A stretch of DNA of 63,180 bases, filler included, from Folioceros fuciformis (GCA_049999805.1; 3 parts of 3 records of this genome joined end to end with filler, not necessarily neighbours in it); one strand, 5' to 3'. Positions 45,853 to 59,191 are shown, numbered from the whole stretch's first letter. A program made the numbers and translations. The notes: generated by a model from the letters alone, not told the origin.

Positions 45853-48800
45853 GAAAATTTTAAAATTTCTACTTGTTTGAAGTCCAATATGTCATAAAAC
45901 AATATGTATATCCATTCATTGTCTTCTTACAAATATTACGAAGAGAAAACATGCAATTAAGACGAGAGTTCCCAAAGCTTATATGTCTAATTTATTCTGA
46001 AAAATAAATCCCATGTAGGTCCTAACTTCAAGTTTATTTGAATTACCAAGTCTTAGATGAATAATCTTTAGGATTTAGCCATACATCTTTATATAAAAAG
46101 GCTTATATTTATGTCTTATCATGGGAACTTCTTTAAATATTTTAAAAGATAATCTACTTAAAAATTACTATAAGAAAGAGTTAAGTATTTTAAAATAAGA
46201 CAATAATTAAATTACCTTGTAGTACATTCTTAAAATAGATTAGTTTCTCATAATAAAGACAAAAAAGAGCTAAGTGCTATAATTTGAGGCTAAATAATTA
46301 CATNNNNNNNNNNNNNNNNNNNNNNNNNNNNNNNNNNNNNNNNNNNNTTAATTAATTAANNNNNNNNNNNNNNNNNNNNNNNNNNNNNNNNNNNNNNNNN
46401 NNNCCCCAAACCTCTAAACGTGCCTACTGCAGTTCCTTCAACACCCAATCGGCCATCGCCTTTGGTCGCATACATCCTGGTCAGCCCTTTTGCTGCCCCA
46501 TGTGCACACTAATAATCATCGTCGTCTTTGACTCCATAGACCCCACATTACTCTATCGCCCAACACATGGTGTCCATGGCTGGGGGCCTTGTCCTGGCCA
46601 GCGCCTGGCAGTTCCATACCACCGCGGCCTTGGAGTTTTCTCAAATCAATGTCAGGCCTGGAGTCTGGAGCCTAGAGCCCGGAGCCTGCGAGACTGCGAT
46701 CGAACACCCAAAGCAATGCCCTGCTCTGCCAGGCAGCCAGGGCCACAGTGCTGAGAGACTGTGGACACTGTCACCAGCCAGTGCCACAGCAGACCAGACC
46801 AGACCAGACCATCTGGGCGTGGCCAGACCAGACCGTTTGGTGCCAGACAAACATTCCGCTGTGCACAGCCACTCACCACTCCAAATCTTCCATCTCCTCA
46901 CATTCCTCCCGCTCTTTACTATGCAAAATGTTCCAATTCAGAGGCGTTTCACCTCCAATTGCATTTCGCTCCTTCCCTCCTTCCCGCCTTCTTTCCACCT
47001 TTCCTTCTGTCCATCCATCCCACTTCTCTGCTCCAACACGTCTCTCTACACTTGTGTACATGCATACACCCACAATATTACTGACGTACATGGTGTACGT
47101 ACAACACGGGTGGGCGACTGTGGAGGTTCCGAGAAATATCACCCGTCGGCAGGACCCAGGAGGCAAGATCAAAAACTGCCTACATACATACCTTGTCATA
47201 CACACATCGTAACTCGAGCGGGGCAGATCATTCCCGTGTCCGCAAGCTATGGGAGCTTGCTCGCTAAGCCTTGCTTCACCGGAATGTGTGCTTGCTTGCA
47301 GCCTTTGCTCGACTTGGCTTTGCAACATCGATCCCCGCGGCGTCCACTCTGGACCTGAGACCAGAGGCCAGCGGGCAGCCTGTGCAAAATCCACAACATC
47401 TGCCAGCAGTTGCCAGCAATTTGATCTCTCGGGGCCTGGCCGGCCCATATGTACATCCATACCACTTGTTTTACTATAGAGCACAACTGTAGTCTTCCGG
47501 GCTGTGCCTGCACCTGCCTGGTGTGGCCCCCAGGCGTCTGACATACACACACCAAACCAAAAAAGAAGAGAGAGAGAGCTAGAAAGAAGCGTGCGAGCCC
47601 CAGCTCTGCGGCCTAGAAGAAAAGAGAGCACTATCAGCTTCCTCCTTTCCTCTCGTTTGTGTGCGAACTTGGCAACCCAGCGATCCAGCGATCCAGCGAT
47701 CCAGCGACCCAGCCATCCCAGCCAAGCCCAGCTCAGCCCAGAACGCCCCAGCCGCATCATCTGTTCCCGGTGTCGAAGGAGCTCTGAATCATCATGCGCT
47801 TGCCGCGCCTACTCCATTCACCATGTCGATCACCTCCTTCACCCGTCCTGGCTCGGTTTTGCTGGCACAGCTGCAGTTGCTGCTCCTGACCGTTCTGCCT
47901 TTGTTGTTGCCGTTGCCTGCATCACAGTCCTCTCGCAGGATCCGCACACCACTCTGATTCTCTAGCAGTAGCTGTAGCTGTAGCTGTAGCCTTAGCCTGT
48001 AGCCGGTAGCTGTACATAGGGGGAGGGAGTAAGGGAGGCACCCCAATCTCTTCAGGGATGGGGTAGTGCCCTGCTGTGTGTGAGTGTACGTAGGGAAAAT
48101 CGGGTCCAGAGTAGTGGGGGCAGCTGAATTGGTGCAGCCCAATTCCCCCTTGCTGTCGTGCAATGTGAGCCTGCAGCCATGAGCCTAACTTTTCCGTTGC
48201 CACAGCTGCATCCGCGCATGATGCCGGGGGCCAGGGCCAGGGCCTTTCCGTCGCTCCAATTTCGAGTAGGCTTTCGTGTTTTGTAGATACTGTCAGCACC
48301 ATGGTGTCGTGGGGTTGAGTCGGGGTGTACACACCGCTTCTCGGGCTCGCTGCCACTGCTTGCTTTGTATCAGGGTACCTGCAGCCTGCTCGATTCGTGT
48401 TTGCACACCGTTAGCGTGTCGGAGAATACAGTGAGCTTCTCCCTTCTCCTGCGGGATCGTAAGTCTCGAGTGGTCAAACCTGCATTGAATATCCTGCGCC
48501 AGGTTCTGCTTTGGGCGGGGATCCTGAGGCGGACCTGAATGATGTATGAACAATTGACGTCTGTGTCGTGTTCGTGAGGGGAGGATCTCCATGTTGCCCC
48601 GNNNNNNNNNNNNNNNNNNNNNNNNNNNNNNNNNNNNNNNNNNNNNNNNNNNNNNNNNNNNNNNNNNNNNNNNNNNNNNNNNNNNNNNNNNNNNNNNNNN
48701 NGGGGGCCTGCCCATGGTGCAATCCCTTCTAATTAGTTTCTGCCGTGCTTGTTTGCAATTGCCACACAATTTCATTCATGGCCAGCGGGGGGGCACTCGG

Positions 48801-50130
48801 GGAACCGCTGTGCAGCCATGACGACGGGATCTTGTGCTTGTAGAGCACCTGCACGGAGTTCCAGTTTCAAAGGTGAGCATTCTCCTCTCTTTGGATTTCA
48901 AGGATTCCGTGGATCACAATCACTTTGAACAGTGCTACGTAGGCCGCAATTCGAAGCAACAGTGAGTATCTTAGATTTCAAACACGCCACAGTGACCATT
49001 TGCCACTGTGTCCGGACCTGCTTTCTCTGCCCTTCCCTCCTTCAATTTCTACGGTTCCATCTCTGATTGCTGCTCCAGATCAGTCACTCCTGCTCTTGGC
49101 ACAAGTTTGAAATGTTCAGCTTCTGATGAATGCGTGCTCGTTTGCTTTGCTGTGGCACAGAGGGCCGTGAATGCAGCAGTATGTCGGCGCCACCCGGTTG
49201 AGTTCATGACGGATCCAGACAAGTTCGGGGAGTGCGCACAACTATTGCTCCGGTGCATGTACTGTACATAAGAGATGTCGGGTTTTTGCTTGCAGCTGCA
49301 GCGCACACGGATGGAGGATCTCACATAAGGTAGACTGAGGCGAATACATATCTTCTTAGCTATGGACGCTCTTCTTGCAACACAGGGCAGCTTTGGACTC
49401 CAAAGACATCACGATTGTTGGTCGGCAGTGCTTAACATGGGTGCTTGGTGGTAACTCCCGCAAAGCGAATTCCGTTACTCTGGTCAGAAGGAGCAGAAGC
49501 ATTTCACCAGCTGCAAAGCAACTCCATACGGCCTACCACTCAAGATTCCAGCAGCTGACAACAGTATGTCCGAGTCCGACAGTGACTTCTGAGAGACGTG
49601 TTGCAGTCACTTTCTGCAAGTATTCGTTGGGATACAAGTTTCTGGCAGCCTTTCAAGCTTCACAGTCGCGGCTTTTGTACAAATTCAGTGCATCATCCGA
49701 GCCAGCTCAGATCGATCAGGGCCTACACTGTTTCCGATCTTGCAGGTGGGGTGCAAGAGTCCGCTGCCTGGGGTGCATCTATGGATCAACAATCAGCTTC
49801 AGGCGTGGATGGAGGAGACAGGCTATGGCTTCCATAGCTGCCGCAGAACATGACATTCTTCGAGGCAGTTGTGGGGCATTTCCCTGGGCCTGTGTGTTCT
49901 GTGCAGTAAGGACACCCCAGGAACTTGCACACTAGTCAATACATTCTGCTTGTCTCGTGACTTGGAAGCGTGTGCGTGTGAAGACCTGGCAAGCAAGCTC
50001 TAAAGTAGAGACTGACTTCACCTTCGTGAACCGCACTGATCTGAATCAGCTGCCGCTGTTGCTGTGGAGGGTCATTGTGATTGCGGGTCTCGAGAGATAA
50101 GTTGTTCATTAGCGAGCCTTATCTGTGCAG

Positions 50131-52451
50131 GTCATTCCCTCTCGGACCAATGCTGAATTGCAACTCGCAGAGAGCGGAAGGACTGCAGGAGGCTTTCTTC
50201 TCACCAGCTGACAGGATACAAGGTAGCTTCATAAGTCAGTTGTTGGTGCCCTCCGTGGTGGATACTCTGGAGAGCAGCAATTCGAGCCAGGAGATCCAGT
50301 CTCAAGACCTTCAGAAACCTGGCCCGATCCAGCTGCAAGGGTTCGAAGATCACAGCTTGTTCGGAGCGAGTACCCACAGCAACATGGGCAGCCTTGATAT
50401 GCTGGCGGGCTCTTCCGGGATGTCGATGGCCATGGATACTGGTGACATGAAGTTTGCAGATATAGACACTTGGAACTCACTGGGACCAGGGCCTTCGATG
50501 TCATCCATCACCTACAGGGGCCTGCTCGCATCTTCCAGCTTGATGGATCACAGCTCCATGGATTACGCCAATCATTCAGGAAGCTTGGAGAAGGTCACAT
50601 GTACAGCAATGCAGAGTCCTATGTATGAACGGAGTACCCGAATGGACAGCTGCAGGGACTCCGATAGCTCCCTCTCCAGTCAGAGCCAGAGCTTCCACAG
50701 CAGCCTGTTACCTCCAGTCAGTATAAACTCAAATCTTTCGAGGAACACGGCGGTGCAGGGGGGAGGTCCTGGCCCAGGATCTGGAGGAATTGCTCTTCCC
50801 ATCCGGAAGGGAACCAGTTTTGATGCTGGGCTTGGTCTCAACATTCACCACCCACGTTTTGACTACAATCTAGGACAGCAATTCATGAACATGGAAACTC
50901 CAACGTTCATGAACCATAGCATGGAGAGTCAGATACATTTAGGAACACCGATATCGCTCGATCAAGCCGTCCTTTGTGGCCTGCCAATCAATGCCTACAA
51001 TGTCGGAGGGGCCGGCATGACACTGCCGACAGAGAACCAGGGCCTCACACACTTTGCACAAATTCTTCCGTCCAAGGTTCTGAAGTCCTCACCTGTGCAG
51101 TTCACAGCTCCCCAGAACTTCCTATTTGGCAGCAACTTGACCGCAGCACCGACAGGATTGAAACTTCCAGCTCTGAACTTCAAGTGCAATCCTCCCAAAC
51201 TGGAGCAGCTTAGCCCAAAGCTGTTCGACGGCTACACAGCCTCCCAGCAGAGTAGTGTCTGTGATGGGAGGCCCCCCAAGAAAGAGAGGCACTCAGAGAC
51301 TTACATCAGCTTCCGGGGGACCAAGAATGTGGTAAGCTTGATTGCCTGCAATATCAATAGCCTGTCAGCAGCTTTCTCAACAAATGTACTGGTTGGATTA
51401 GCTGGCTCTAATTCATACTTTCCGGCGTGCACATGTGCCTACAGGTAGATGATGCAGAATCAACGGGGCCTATCGATCTCTTCACGAAGAATATTAACGT
51501 CATGGCCGGATCTCCAGGCATTGGGTCATTGTCCAGTGAACAGAGTACTCACACGTCGACCTCGCCGGATTCTGTTTCCAAACGGCCTAGGCTACAGGAC
51601 CAGGCCCCTGCTGCTGCAAATCTGCCTTTTAAGGTAGGCGGGATGGGACCCAGCTAGCCTCTCTTTCCCGATAGTGAGCACTGAAAGTCTCAGCACTGAA
51701 AGCTTTTTGTTTGTACTACTTCCAGGTGCGGAAAGAGAAACTAGGAGAGAAAATAACAGCTCTACAACAGCTCGTGTCTCCGTTTGGAAAGGTTAGTCAG
51801 CCATCAAGTCTGAAACTGCTCCACGGAAGAGGAAGTGGTTGCCTCTGCATGAGACGATCCTCAAGCTTTGGTCAGGCTCTCCTCCTGCACAGATCAGATG
51901 GGTGAACGATCTTGTAACCGCTTGTGGCGCTTGCTATAACAGACGGACACAGCCTCAGTTTTGTTGGAAGCGATCAATTACATCAAGTTTCTTCGAGACC
52001 AAGTTCAGGTAATCAGCGATGAACGTTGAAGAGACCAAGTTCATTTTTGCCTTGTTTACGACTGCCCAGTAAAGTTGTGCACATGGCCACGCGTGCCTGT
52101 CAGCTGACGTGATTCCTCTGACATGAAACAGCTTCTCAGTACGCCATATATGAAGAACGTGTGCATTCCCAACAGTACACACGTAAGGAAATCTATATCA
52201 CTAGCCCTATCGTCATTGGTCGTCCTGGTTTGACTGGGCCCTTGTCCCTTGTAAGCTCACGTGGTGGGTGTTTGAAACAGGACATGAAGCAGCAATGGGC
52301 CGCGGACAACGTCAAAACTGGAGGAGGAGAAGGTGACTTGAGCGATCTGAGAAGCAAGGGGTTGTGTCTCATACCAATTTCCACGATCCGCGTAGCTAAC
52401 GACAATGGGGCAGACTACTGGACTCCAACCATCGGGGGCAGCTCCCGATGA
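50131..52451 (+). CDS. bHLH transcription factor, group X (bHLH112/123-like); start not resolved
   Basis: Exons ~50131-51331, 51445-51633, 51726-51791, 51943-52008, 52132-52182 and 52281-52451. [42 protein letters not shown] and DLRSKGLCLIPIS..NGADYW. Confidence 0.9.
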
Positions 52452-53190
52452 TCCCGAGAGCTCACGAGCATCACCGATCTTGGGTCTTCCATCTCTCTTA
52501 CTGCACCATCACTTCATTGCCAGATGCTTTGTGCACACAGGCTAGGCCTGGGATGGAACAGATCTCATATGCCACGTACTAGCTTTGAAGGCGAAGTCTC
52601 CGACGAGCTAGACTATGGATGCATGGAGCCCACAACAAGTGCAAGCAGTCGAGGTGAACGTGCGCCATGGCAGTTAGGTGATGCATTTTCTTGCTTTGTT
52701 GCTAGCCGACGGACAATCTCACGAGCAACATGACGTAGCAGAGGTTGTAGTACTAGGTACTTTGTAACAATATTAACTCTGGGCAAGAATGCCCGCTCTA
52801 GACATGGAATAAGCAAAGCTTCATGAGTCCCTCGTTGATTTTTGAATTGACATTTTCTTCGACACAGGATTGTAGTCGTATTCAATGGCATGCAGCAACA
52901 AATCAAAGCTTGCAGCCTTAGGAAAAATGAATAAGAAGTCAGAGACTCTGGCATGGGACAAAATGTCCGGCGCTTGGTTTCCAGTGCACACAATTTCAGC
53001 TGCCATCTGGTGGAAAGAATCTGCAGGCCGGGAATTTTAAACAGGATTGATTGGGCTGCTCATGGTCCACCTTTCCTTCCCCTTTTCCATGCATGCAACA
53101 GAAAGGAGAATTTATCGAAGCTCGTGTGCACGAGCTAACTTGTCAATGAAGAGCTCACCAGTAACTTACAGACGTCTCCGCAAAGAGTGT

Positions 53191-55480
53191 TCAAGTGGCC
53201 AATGTGGCGTGGTAGGAAGAAGGCAGGATGGGTCTCTCTCTCCTTGGCTGTCCCATTTTGGCTTTGGCATATCTTACCCGACGTCAAGGAGATGCACAGA
53301 CAAGAAGTTGACCAAAACGATGCGATTCCTTTTTGTCAGGACGACCGAGACCAAGCAAGGATACTCAAGACGGATACCCCCCTTGTCGGATGATGGCAGG
53401 TAACTGTTCTGCAGCTGTGTAAGAGCTTGTGTTGAGCACCCCACATCCTGCAAGACCACCACCAGCGTAAGTGTTAGTTGCTGCATTGATCCAGTCCCCA
53501 GAACCTGGCATGATCACGTCATTGAGCCAGAATGGACGACCACCGTAGTCATCTCGGTCACCTGAAATTCAACGAAAGCTACTGGTAAACCCCCCTTCAT
53601 CTGCATCTTGATCTTTCGGAAGCCTGGAAATCTGCAGGCCTTGAACAAGTTATCACCTACTCCGCAAGTCAGCTCATGCCTCGTCGGACAGGTTCATGAT
53701 TGATTATTAACGTATGTTTATTACCGTACCTCGCGAGCATGTAAGATAGCTCTTCTTCGGTACAGGTTGAGCCCAGATTGGCAACGAATAAAGTGGAACA
53801 TGGTGGATTGCTACCCGCGGCTGGTGGAGGAGGCATGAGCGAGGAAACCTGCACCATTGCCGAATAGTTAAAGCTCTTAGTTCTCTATCAACTTGGAAAT
53901 CGAGAACAAATTCAAGTGCAACTAAGCTGTACCATGTTCGACAAAGCATCCTGCCCAGCATACGCAGCAGGTATAATCATGTTAGAGGGACTGGAAGAGA
54001 ACAAGAAACAGTGTTCAAAACACACACAAATCAAGCCACATCACGGACAAATAGAGCAATTTCAAAATGACCCCAAGAACTTGAAAGCTTGAAATTGGGT
54101 CAGTTGTGCTAGTGCTCATTGTTGACCTTTGTGTGGGTGGAAACCCCGGAATGTCGTTGCAAACTGAATGCACAAGCCCATGCATGTGCATAGTGCCGCC
54201 GACCCCTGTGGGTGTGGAAAGAGTGCAACATGTACTAAGTGAGCTGAACTGATCTGATATGGGAGTGCATGCTACATGTGATCCGACCAAATTTTAGCCC
54301 AAATTCTTATATCGATAAATATAATAAGATTATTTTTAAAATAAACATATCAAACAATCAAATTATGTTGCAAGCTAGAATTTTTATGAAGATTTAAAAA
54401 AAAGAACTACTTTTTTTTACTACATGATCATAAAATTTATAATAACCTGATGGTGTTTCTGAATAGATACTGTTCACAGCAATTGGACTTCTGTACTTCT
54501 TGTCATTGAAGATCTCATCCATAACGTCTATCATATAATAGTAAATCATATTTTGTTAAAATTTATCGATTAATTACTGATTATATTCATTGCTGTGTTC
54601 TTCCTACCTGTCCGTGGTCTTTTTGTTCTAGAGTTTGCTCGAGCAAGCTCTATGTGAAGAGTTCCTCCAGATTGAGGGTCGAATTTCATCCCCTGCAATG
54701 TCATGGTACTATTGAAATGATACAATAGTTTATGTAATGATCATAAACATGCAATTTACGAGCAATTTGAGAATGGATTGTAAACAATTTCAACCGCTTT
54801 GAGGATTCAATATTGATACTATTTTTTTCATGTTTTTCGATAACCAAATTAAAATCATCGCATATGGCTCACATGAAGCTTCTGTTTAGCTGCTAGGGCG
54901 CAAGCTTGATCACAAAAAACGGCAAACGCAACAATCTGGAAACAATATGACAGTGGAGCTCGGAATCACAAACGACCTGTTTCATGATGATTTTCTCAAG
55001 ACGCTCAAAAATATGTGCTCATTCATGTCCTGTACAGCTCGCAACGGAAAACCTTTCTATCCCCCAGATGACGAAAACTTCGAGTGACCTGTTGCTGCAG
55101 CCTGTGCGACAGGGCATGGCATTCTGACCCGGAGAGTTGTGATTTCAAGTGTGAGCTTGGGACTGTGTCCAGGGAATGAAAGCGGAATTCTCAGCTATGA
55201 ACCTACAGCCACTGGCTTCTATCCACATGGGACTGTGCATGCCAAGTTTCATACCAGCTTATCTTTTCCCCGAGAGCAGAACAGAGCAGAATTTGGGTCC
55301 ATATCTATGGCACGAAATTTGGGGATGGTGCAAAGAGCAAACCTGATATCCACGGCCGGAATACTTCAGTTGACAAGACTCGTACCCTGCATGTGAACGA
55401 AACAGATTGTAGATTTCCCTTTCCTTCACGTCATCTGGAAGTCCTGACAAGAACAATGTCTTCACTTCCTCCTCCCCCAT
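53191..55480 (-). CDS. Two-RRM RNA-binding protein (RBPMS/Scw1-like plant family), multi-exon
   Basis: KTLFLSGLPDDVKEREIYNLF..ESCQLKYSGRG | IVAFAVF | MKFDPQSGGTLHIELARANSR | NPPCSTLFVANLG | PVAFVEFQ | GGIRLE|YAKAKMG. Confidence 0.9.
53273..53364 (-). other. U12-type (minor spliceosome) GT-AG intron
   Basis: 5' splice site GTATCCTT and branch point TCCTTGAC (53290-53283) 10 nt before the 3' end; removal restores RLE-YAKAKMG. Confidence 0.88.
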
Positions 55481-56119
55481 GTCGTCACAGCACCTCACAA
55501 GGCTCTGGTGCTCAGCATCAAGCCCGAAGAAATCATATCTCGGGGTGTGGTAGGAAGGCAAAAGCCAGACGTGGGCGACAAGTTATGAGAGCCTGAATCC
55601 TGCGGAGTTGGACACCTTGTGCTAGTAACCCGCCACTTGAGAATGTACTGCAAGCAACATCGCTCTCAGCAGATTGTGAGCCCTCTCCGGCTTACCTTGC
55701 GCCCGAGATGCAGGCTTTCCGAATCTTCGAGGACACAGCATCTGTGGCAAAATTAGGGTAACCCTTGGTGAAGCCTTGGCAGGAGACGGTTACTTCAGTC
55801 TCCCTAACAGCAGTCCTGGGAACTTCTGCCGGCGCCACCAGAATCTCTACCGTAACAGCTTCCAGTTCGGCTGAAGGGCGAAGCGTCGGCGGAAGCATCG
55901 CTGGTAGGAAGGGGGAGGCAAACGCATGCCATTTTAGGACTGTTGTGTGCACACGGCAGTTTCCCTTATGGGGGCCCATTGAAGACTGGCGTTGTGAGTG
56001 CGGCATTTTATCTTGCTTTCGTCGGTGAGCTGCCGACTGTGAGGTCCGCTTTCTTGAACTTTGCTCTCATGCTCACCTTGCGCTGCACCACACCAGGGAA
56101 AGGCAGACGGCTGGGCAGG

Positions 56120-59100
56120 ATGCAGATTTTTGTGAAGACCTTGTGTGGGAGAACCTTGGCTGTCTCTTGCATCAGCAGTCTCACCACAGTGGGTGCTTTG
56201 AAGCATGAGATTGAGGAGCGGGAGGGAGTTCCTGTAGTTTTGCAGAAGTTGCTCTTCTCCTCGAAGCTATTGGCGGACGAGTCTAGGGCGTTGTCGGAGT
56301 ATGGAGTTGAGTTGGGATCGAGCATTAGTCTCTTCCTGCCCTTGTTGGGAGGGATGCAGGCTCCTGTTCCTCCGAAACCTAGGCTGGATTTTTTGAATAC
56401 CAGACCACCGGCGAATTATGTTGCTGGGTTGGGAAGAGGAGCAACAGGTTTCACCACAAGGTCTGATATTGGTCCCGCCAGGGCAGCTCCTGACCTGCCT
56501 GATCGGGCTGCGACGACGATCGGGGGTGCAGGTGCTGCGCCCGGCGGAGTGGGGAGAGGGAGGGGAAAAGGCGGGGCGGGAGAGGACGATGAGGAGGAGG
56601 CAGAGGAGAAAGGTTACGATGAGAATCAGAAGTTTGATGAGTTCGAAGGCAACGATATGGGATTGTTTGCGACGGGAGAGTATGACGAAGACGACAAGGA
56701 AGCAGATGCTGTCTGGGAGAGCATCGACAAGCGTATGGACTCCAGGAGGAAGGACAGGAGAGAAGCGCTTGTCAAGAAAGAGATTGAGAAGTACAGGGCC
56801 TCCAACCCAAAGATAACAGAGCAGTTTGCTGACCTTAAGAGGAAGCTGGTTACGCTTACAGCAGATGAGTGGGAGAGCATTCCTGAGATTGGGGATTACT
56901 CTCTGAGAAACAAAAGGAAACGCTTCTTGAGCTATGTACCTGTGCCGGACACTCTTCTGGAGAAGGCAAAGCAGGAGCAGGAGCATGTCACTGCACTAGA
57001 TCCTCGCAGTAAAGCAGCAGGTGGTGCTGAGACACCTTGGGGCCAGACCCCTGTCACTGATCTCACTGCAGTTGGCGAGGGCAGGGGTACAGTGCTGACA
57101 ATCAAGCTGGACCGCTTGTCAGATTCTGTCAGCGGATTGACCGTGGTTGATCCCAAGGGCTACCTAACAGATTTGAAGAGCTTAAAGGTCTCTAGTGATG
57201 CAGAGATTTCAGATATCAAGAAGGCTCGTTTGCTCTTGAAGTCAGTGATCAACACAAATCCAAAGCACGCACCAGGCTGGATTGCTGCAGCACGTCTGGA
57301 GGAGGTTGCTGCGAAATTGCAGGCGGCCAGAGCATTCATCCAGAAGGGGTGTGAAGAATGCCCCCAGAATGAGGATGTGTGGCTGGAAAACTGCAGGCTG
57401 GCACCCCCTGATCAGGCAAAAGCCGTTCTAGCACAGGGGGTCAAGGCTAGACCCAACTCTGTCAAATTGTGGATGCAGGCAGCAAAGTTGGAGCATGATG
57501 ACGCCAGTAAGAGCAGGGTTTTGCGCAAGGCTTTAGAGCACATACCAGACTCTGTCCGTTTGTGGAAGGCCGTTGTGGAGCTAGCAAATGAGGAAGATGC
57601 TCGAACACTACTCTCTCGTGCTGTGGAATGCTGCCCATTACATGTGGAGCTGTGGTTGGCCCTTGCACGTCTGGAAACATATGAAAATGCCAAGAAGGTG
57701 TTGAACAAGGCTAGAGAAACCTTGCCCAAGGACCCAACGATTTGGATCACTGCTGCAAAACTGGAGGAGGCTCAGGGAAACGCAGCCATGGTTGGTAAAA
57801 TACTGGAAAGAGCGATTCGCTCTCTGCAAAAGGAGGCGGTTGTTATTGACAGAGAAGCGTGGATGAAGGAAGCAGAATCTGCTGAGCGAGCAGGTTCAGT
57901 GGCTACGTGCCAAGCTATCATAAAGTCCACAATAGGAATCAACGTGGATGAAGAGGACCGCAAGCGGACCTGGGTTGCCGATGCAGATGAGTGTAAAAAG
58001 AGGGGTTCAATTGAGACCGCAAGAGCAATTTACGCTCACACCCTTACGGTTTTTCCTGGAAAGAAAGGTGTGTGGCTCAAAGCTGCCCAGCTGGAGAAAA
58101 GCTATGGGACTAGGGATTCTCTGGATTCTTTGTTGAGAAGAGCAGTAACATATTGCCCTCAGGCCGAAGTCCTTTGGCTTATGGGTGCAAAAGAGAAGTG
58201 GCTGGCCGGTGATGTCCCAGCAGCTAGGGCGATTTTGGAGGAAGCATTCAAGGCTATTTCAAATTCTGAGGAGATTGTGTTGGCTGCTTTCAAATTGGAG
58301 TTTGAAAATCATGAGCCCAAGAGAGCAAGGATCCTTTTGGCAAAGGCAAGGGAAACGGGGACGGAGAGGGTATGGATGAAATCCGCAATTGTAGAGAGGG
58401 AGCTGGGTAATCCTGAAGAGGAAAAATCTCTTCTGGAAGAGGGATTGAAACGCTTCCCTAACTTCCACAAGCTTTGGTTGATGCTTGGTCAACTTGAGGA
58501 ACGCCTAGGGAGACCGGAGGCTGCAAAGGATGTTTATGAAAGGGCCCTTCGAAACTGTCCGAACAGTGTACCGTTGTGGTTGAGTGCTGCACAATTGGAA
58601 GAAAAAATGGGTGGGCTGAGCAGAGCTAGAGCTGTCTTGAACATGGCAAGGAAGAAGAATCCCAGCACTCCTGAGCTGTGGTTAGCAGCTATTCGGGCAG
58701 AAGCTAGGGCTCCCAAGAATAAGAAAGAGGCCGAAGTGCTGATGGCCAAGGCTTTGCAAGATTGCCCAACGAGTGGGCTTCTTTGGGCTGAGGCAGTTGA
58801 GATGGCCCCAAGGCAGCAGAAGAAGACAAAAGGTGTGGACGCCCTAAAGAAGTGCGACAATGACCCTTACGTGCTAGCTGCGGTTGCCAAAGTCTTTTGG
58901 CATGACAGAAAAGTAGACAAGGCCAGAGGTTGGTGGAACCGGGCAGTCACGTTGGCTCCTGATATTGGTGACTTCTGGGCACAGTTCTACAAGTTTGAGC
59001 TTCAGCATGGTGGTGAAGAGCAGCAGCTGGATGTCCTTAAGAGATGTGTGGCAACAGAACCAAGACATGGAGAGAAGTGGACCCGAGTCTCGAAAGCTGT

Positions 59101-59191
59101 GGAAAACGCGCATCAGCCTGTTGAAGCCATTTTAAAAAAAGTGGTGATGGATCTAGGCAAGGAAGAAGGGGTTGTGGGAAGTACAGTTTGA
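56120..59191 (+). CDS. PRP6: Pre-mRNA splicing factor PRP6/STABILIZED1 with N-terminal ubiquitin-like domain (1023 aa, intronless)
   Basis: PPANYVAGLGRGATGFTTRSDIGPAR, VDPKGYLTDL, HAPGWIAAARLEE and many HAT/TPR repeats; N-terminus MQIFVKTL...LLGG. Confidence 0.97.
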   Translation: MQIFVKTLCGRTLAVSCISSLTTVGALKHEIEEREGVPVVLQKLLFSSKLLADESRALSEYGVELGSSISLFLPLLGGMQAPVPPKPRLDFLNTRPPANYVAGLGRGATGFTTRSDIGPARAAPDLPDRAATTIGGAGAAPGGVGRGRGKGGAGEDDEEEAEEKGYDENQKFDEFEGNDMGLFATGEYDEDDKEADAVWESIDKRMDSRRKDRREALVKKEIEKYRASNPKITEQFADLKRKLVTLTADEWESIPEIGDYSLRNKRKRFLSYVPVPDTLLEKAKQEQEHVTALDPRSKAAGGAETPWGQTPVTDLTAVGEGRGTVLTIKLDRLSDSVSGLTVVDPKGYLTDLKSLKVSSDAEISDIKKARLLLKSVINTNPKHAPGWIAAARLEEVAAKLQAARAFIQKGCEECPQNEDVWLENCRLAPPDQAKAVLAQGVKARPNSVKLWMQAAKLEHDDASKSRVLRKALEHIPDSVRLWKAVVELANEEDARTLLSRAVECCPLHVELWLALARLETYENAKKVLNKARETLPKDPTIWITAAKLEEAQGNAAMVGKILERAIRSLQKEAVVIDREAWMKEAESAERAGSVATCQAIIKSTIGINVDEEDRKRTWVADADECKKRGSIETARAIYAHTLTVFPGKKGVWLKAAQLEKSYGTRDSLDSLLRRAVTYCPQAEVLWLMGAKEKWLAGDVPAARAILEEAFKAISNSEEIVLAAFKLEFENHEPKRARILLAKARETGTERVWMKSAIVERELGNPEEEKSLLEEGLKRFPNFHKLWLMLGQLEERLGRPEAAKDVYERALRNCPNSVPLWLSAAQLEEKMGGLSRARAVLNMARKKNPSTPELWLAAIRAEARAPKNKKEAEVLMAKALQDCPTSGLLWAEAVEMAPRQQKKTKGVDALKKCDNDPYVLAAVAKVFWHDRKVDKARGWWNRAVTLAPDIGDFWAQFYKFELQHGGEEQQLDVLKRCVATEPRHGEKWTRVSKAVENAHQPVEAILKKVVMDLGKEEGVVGSTV

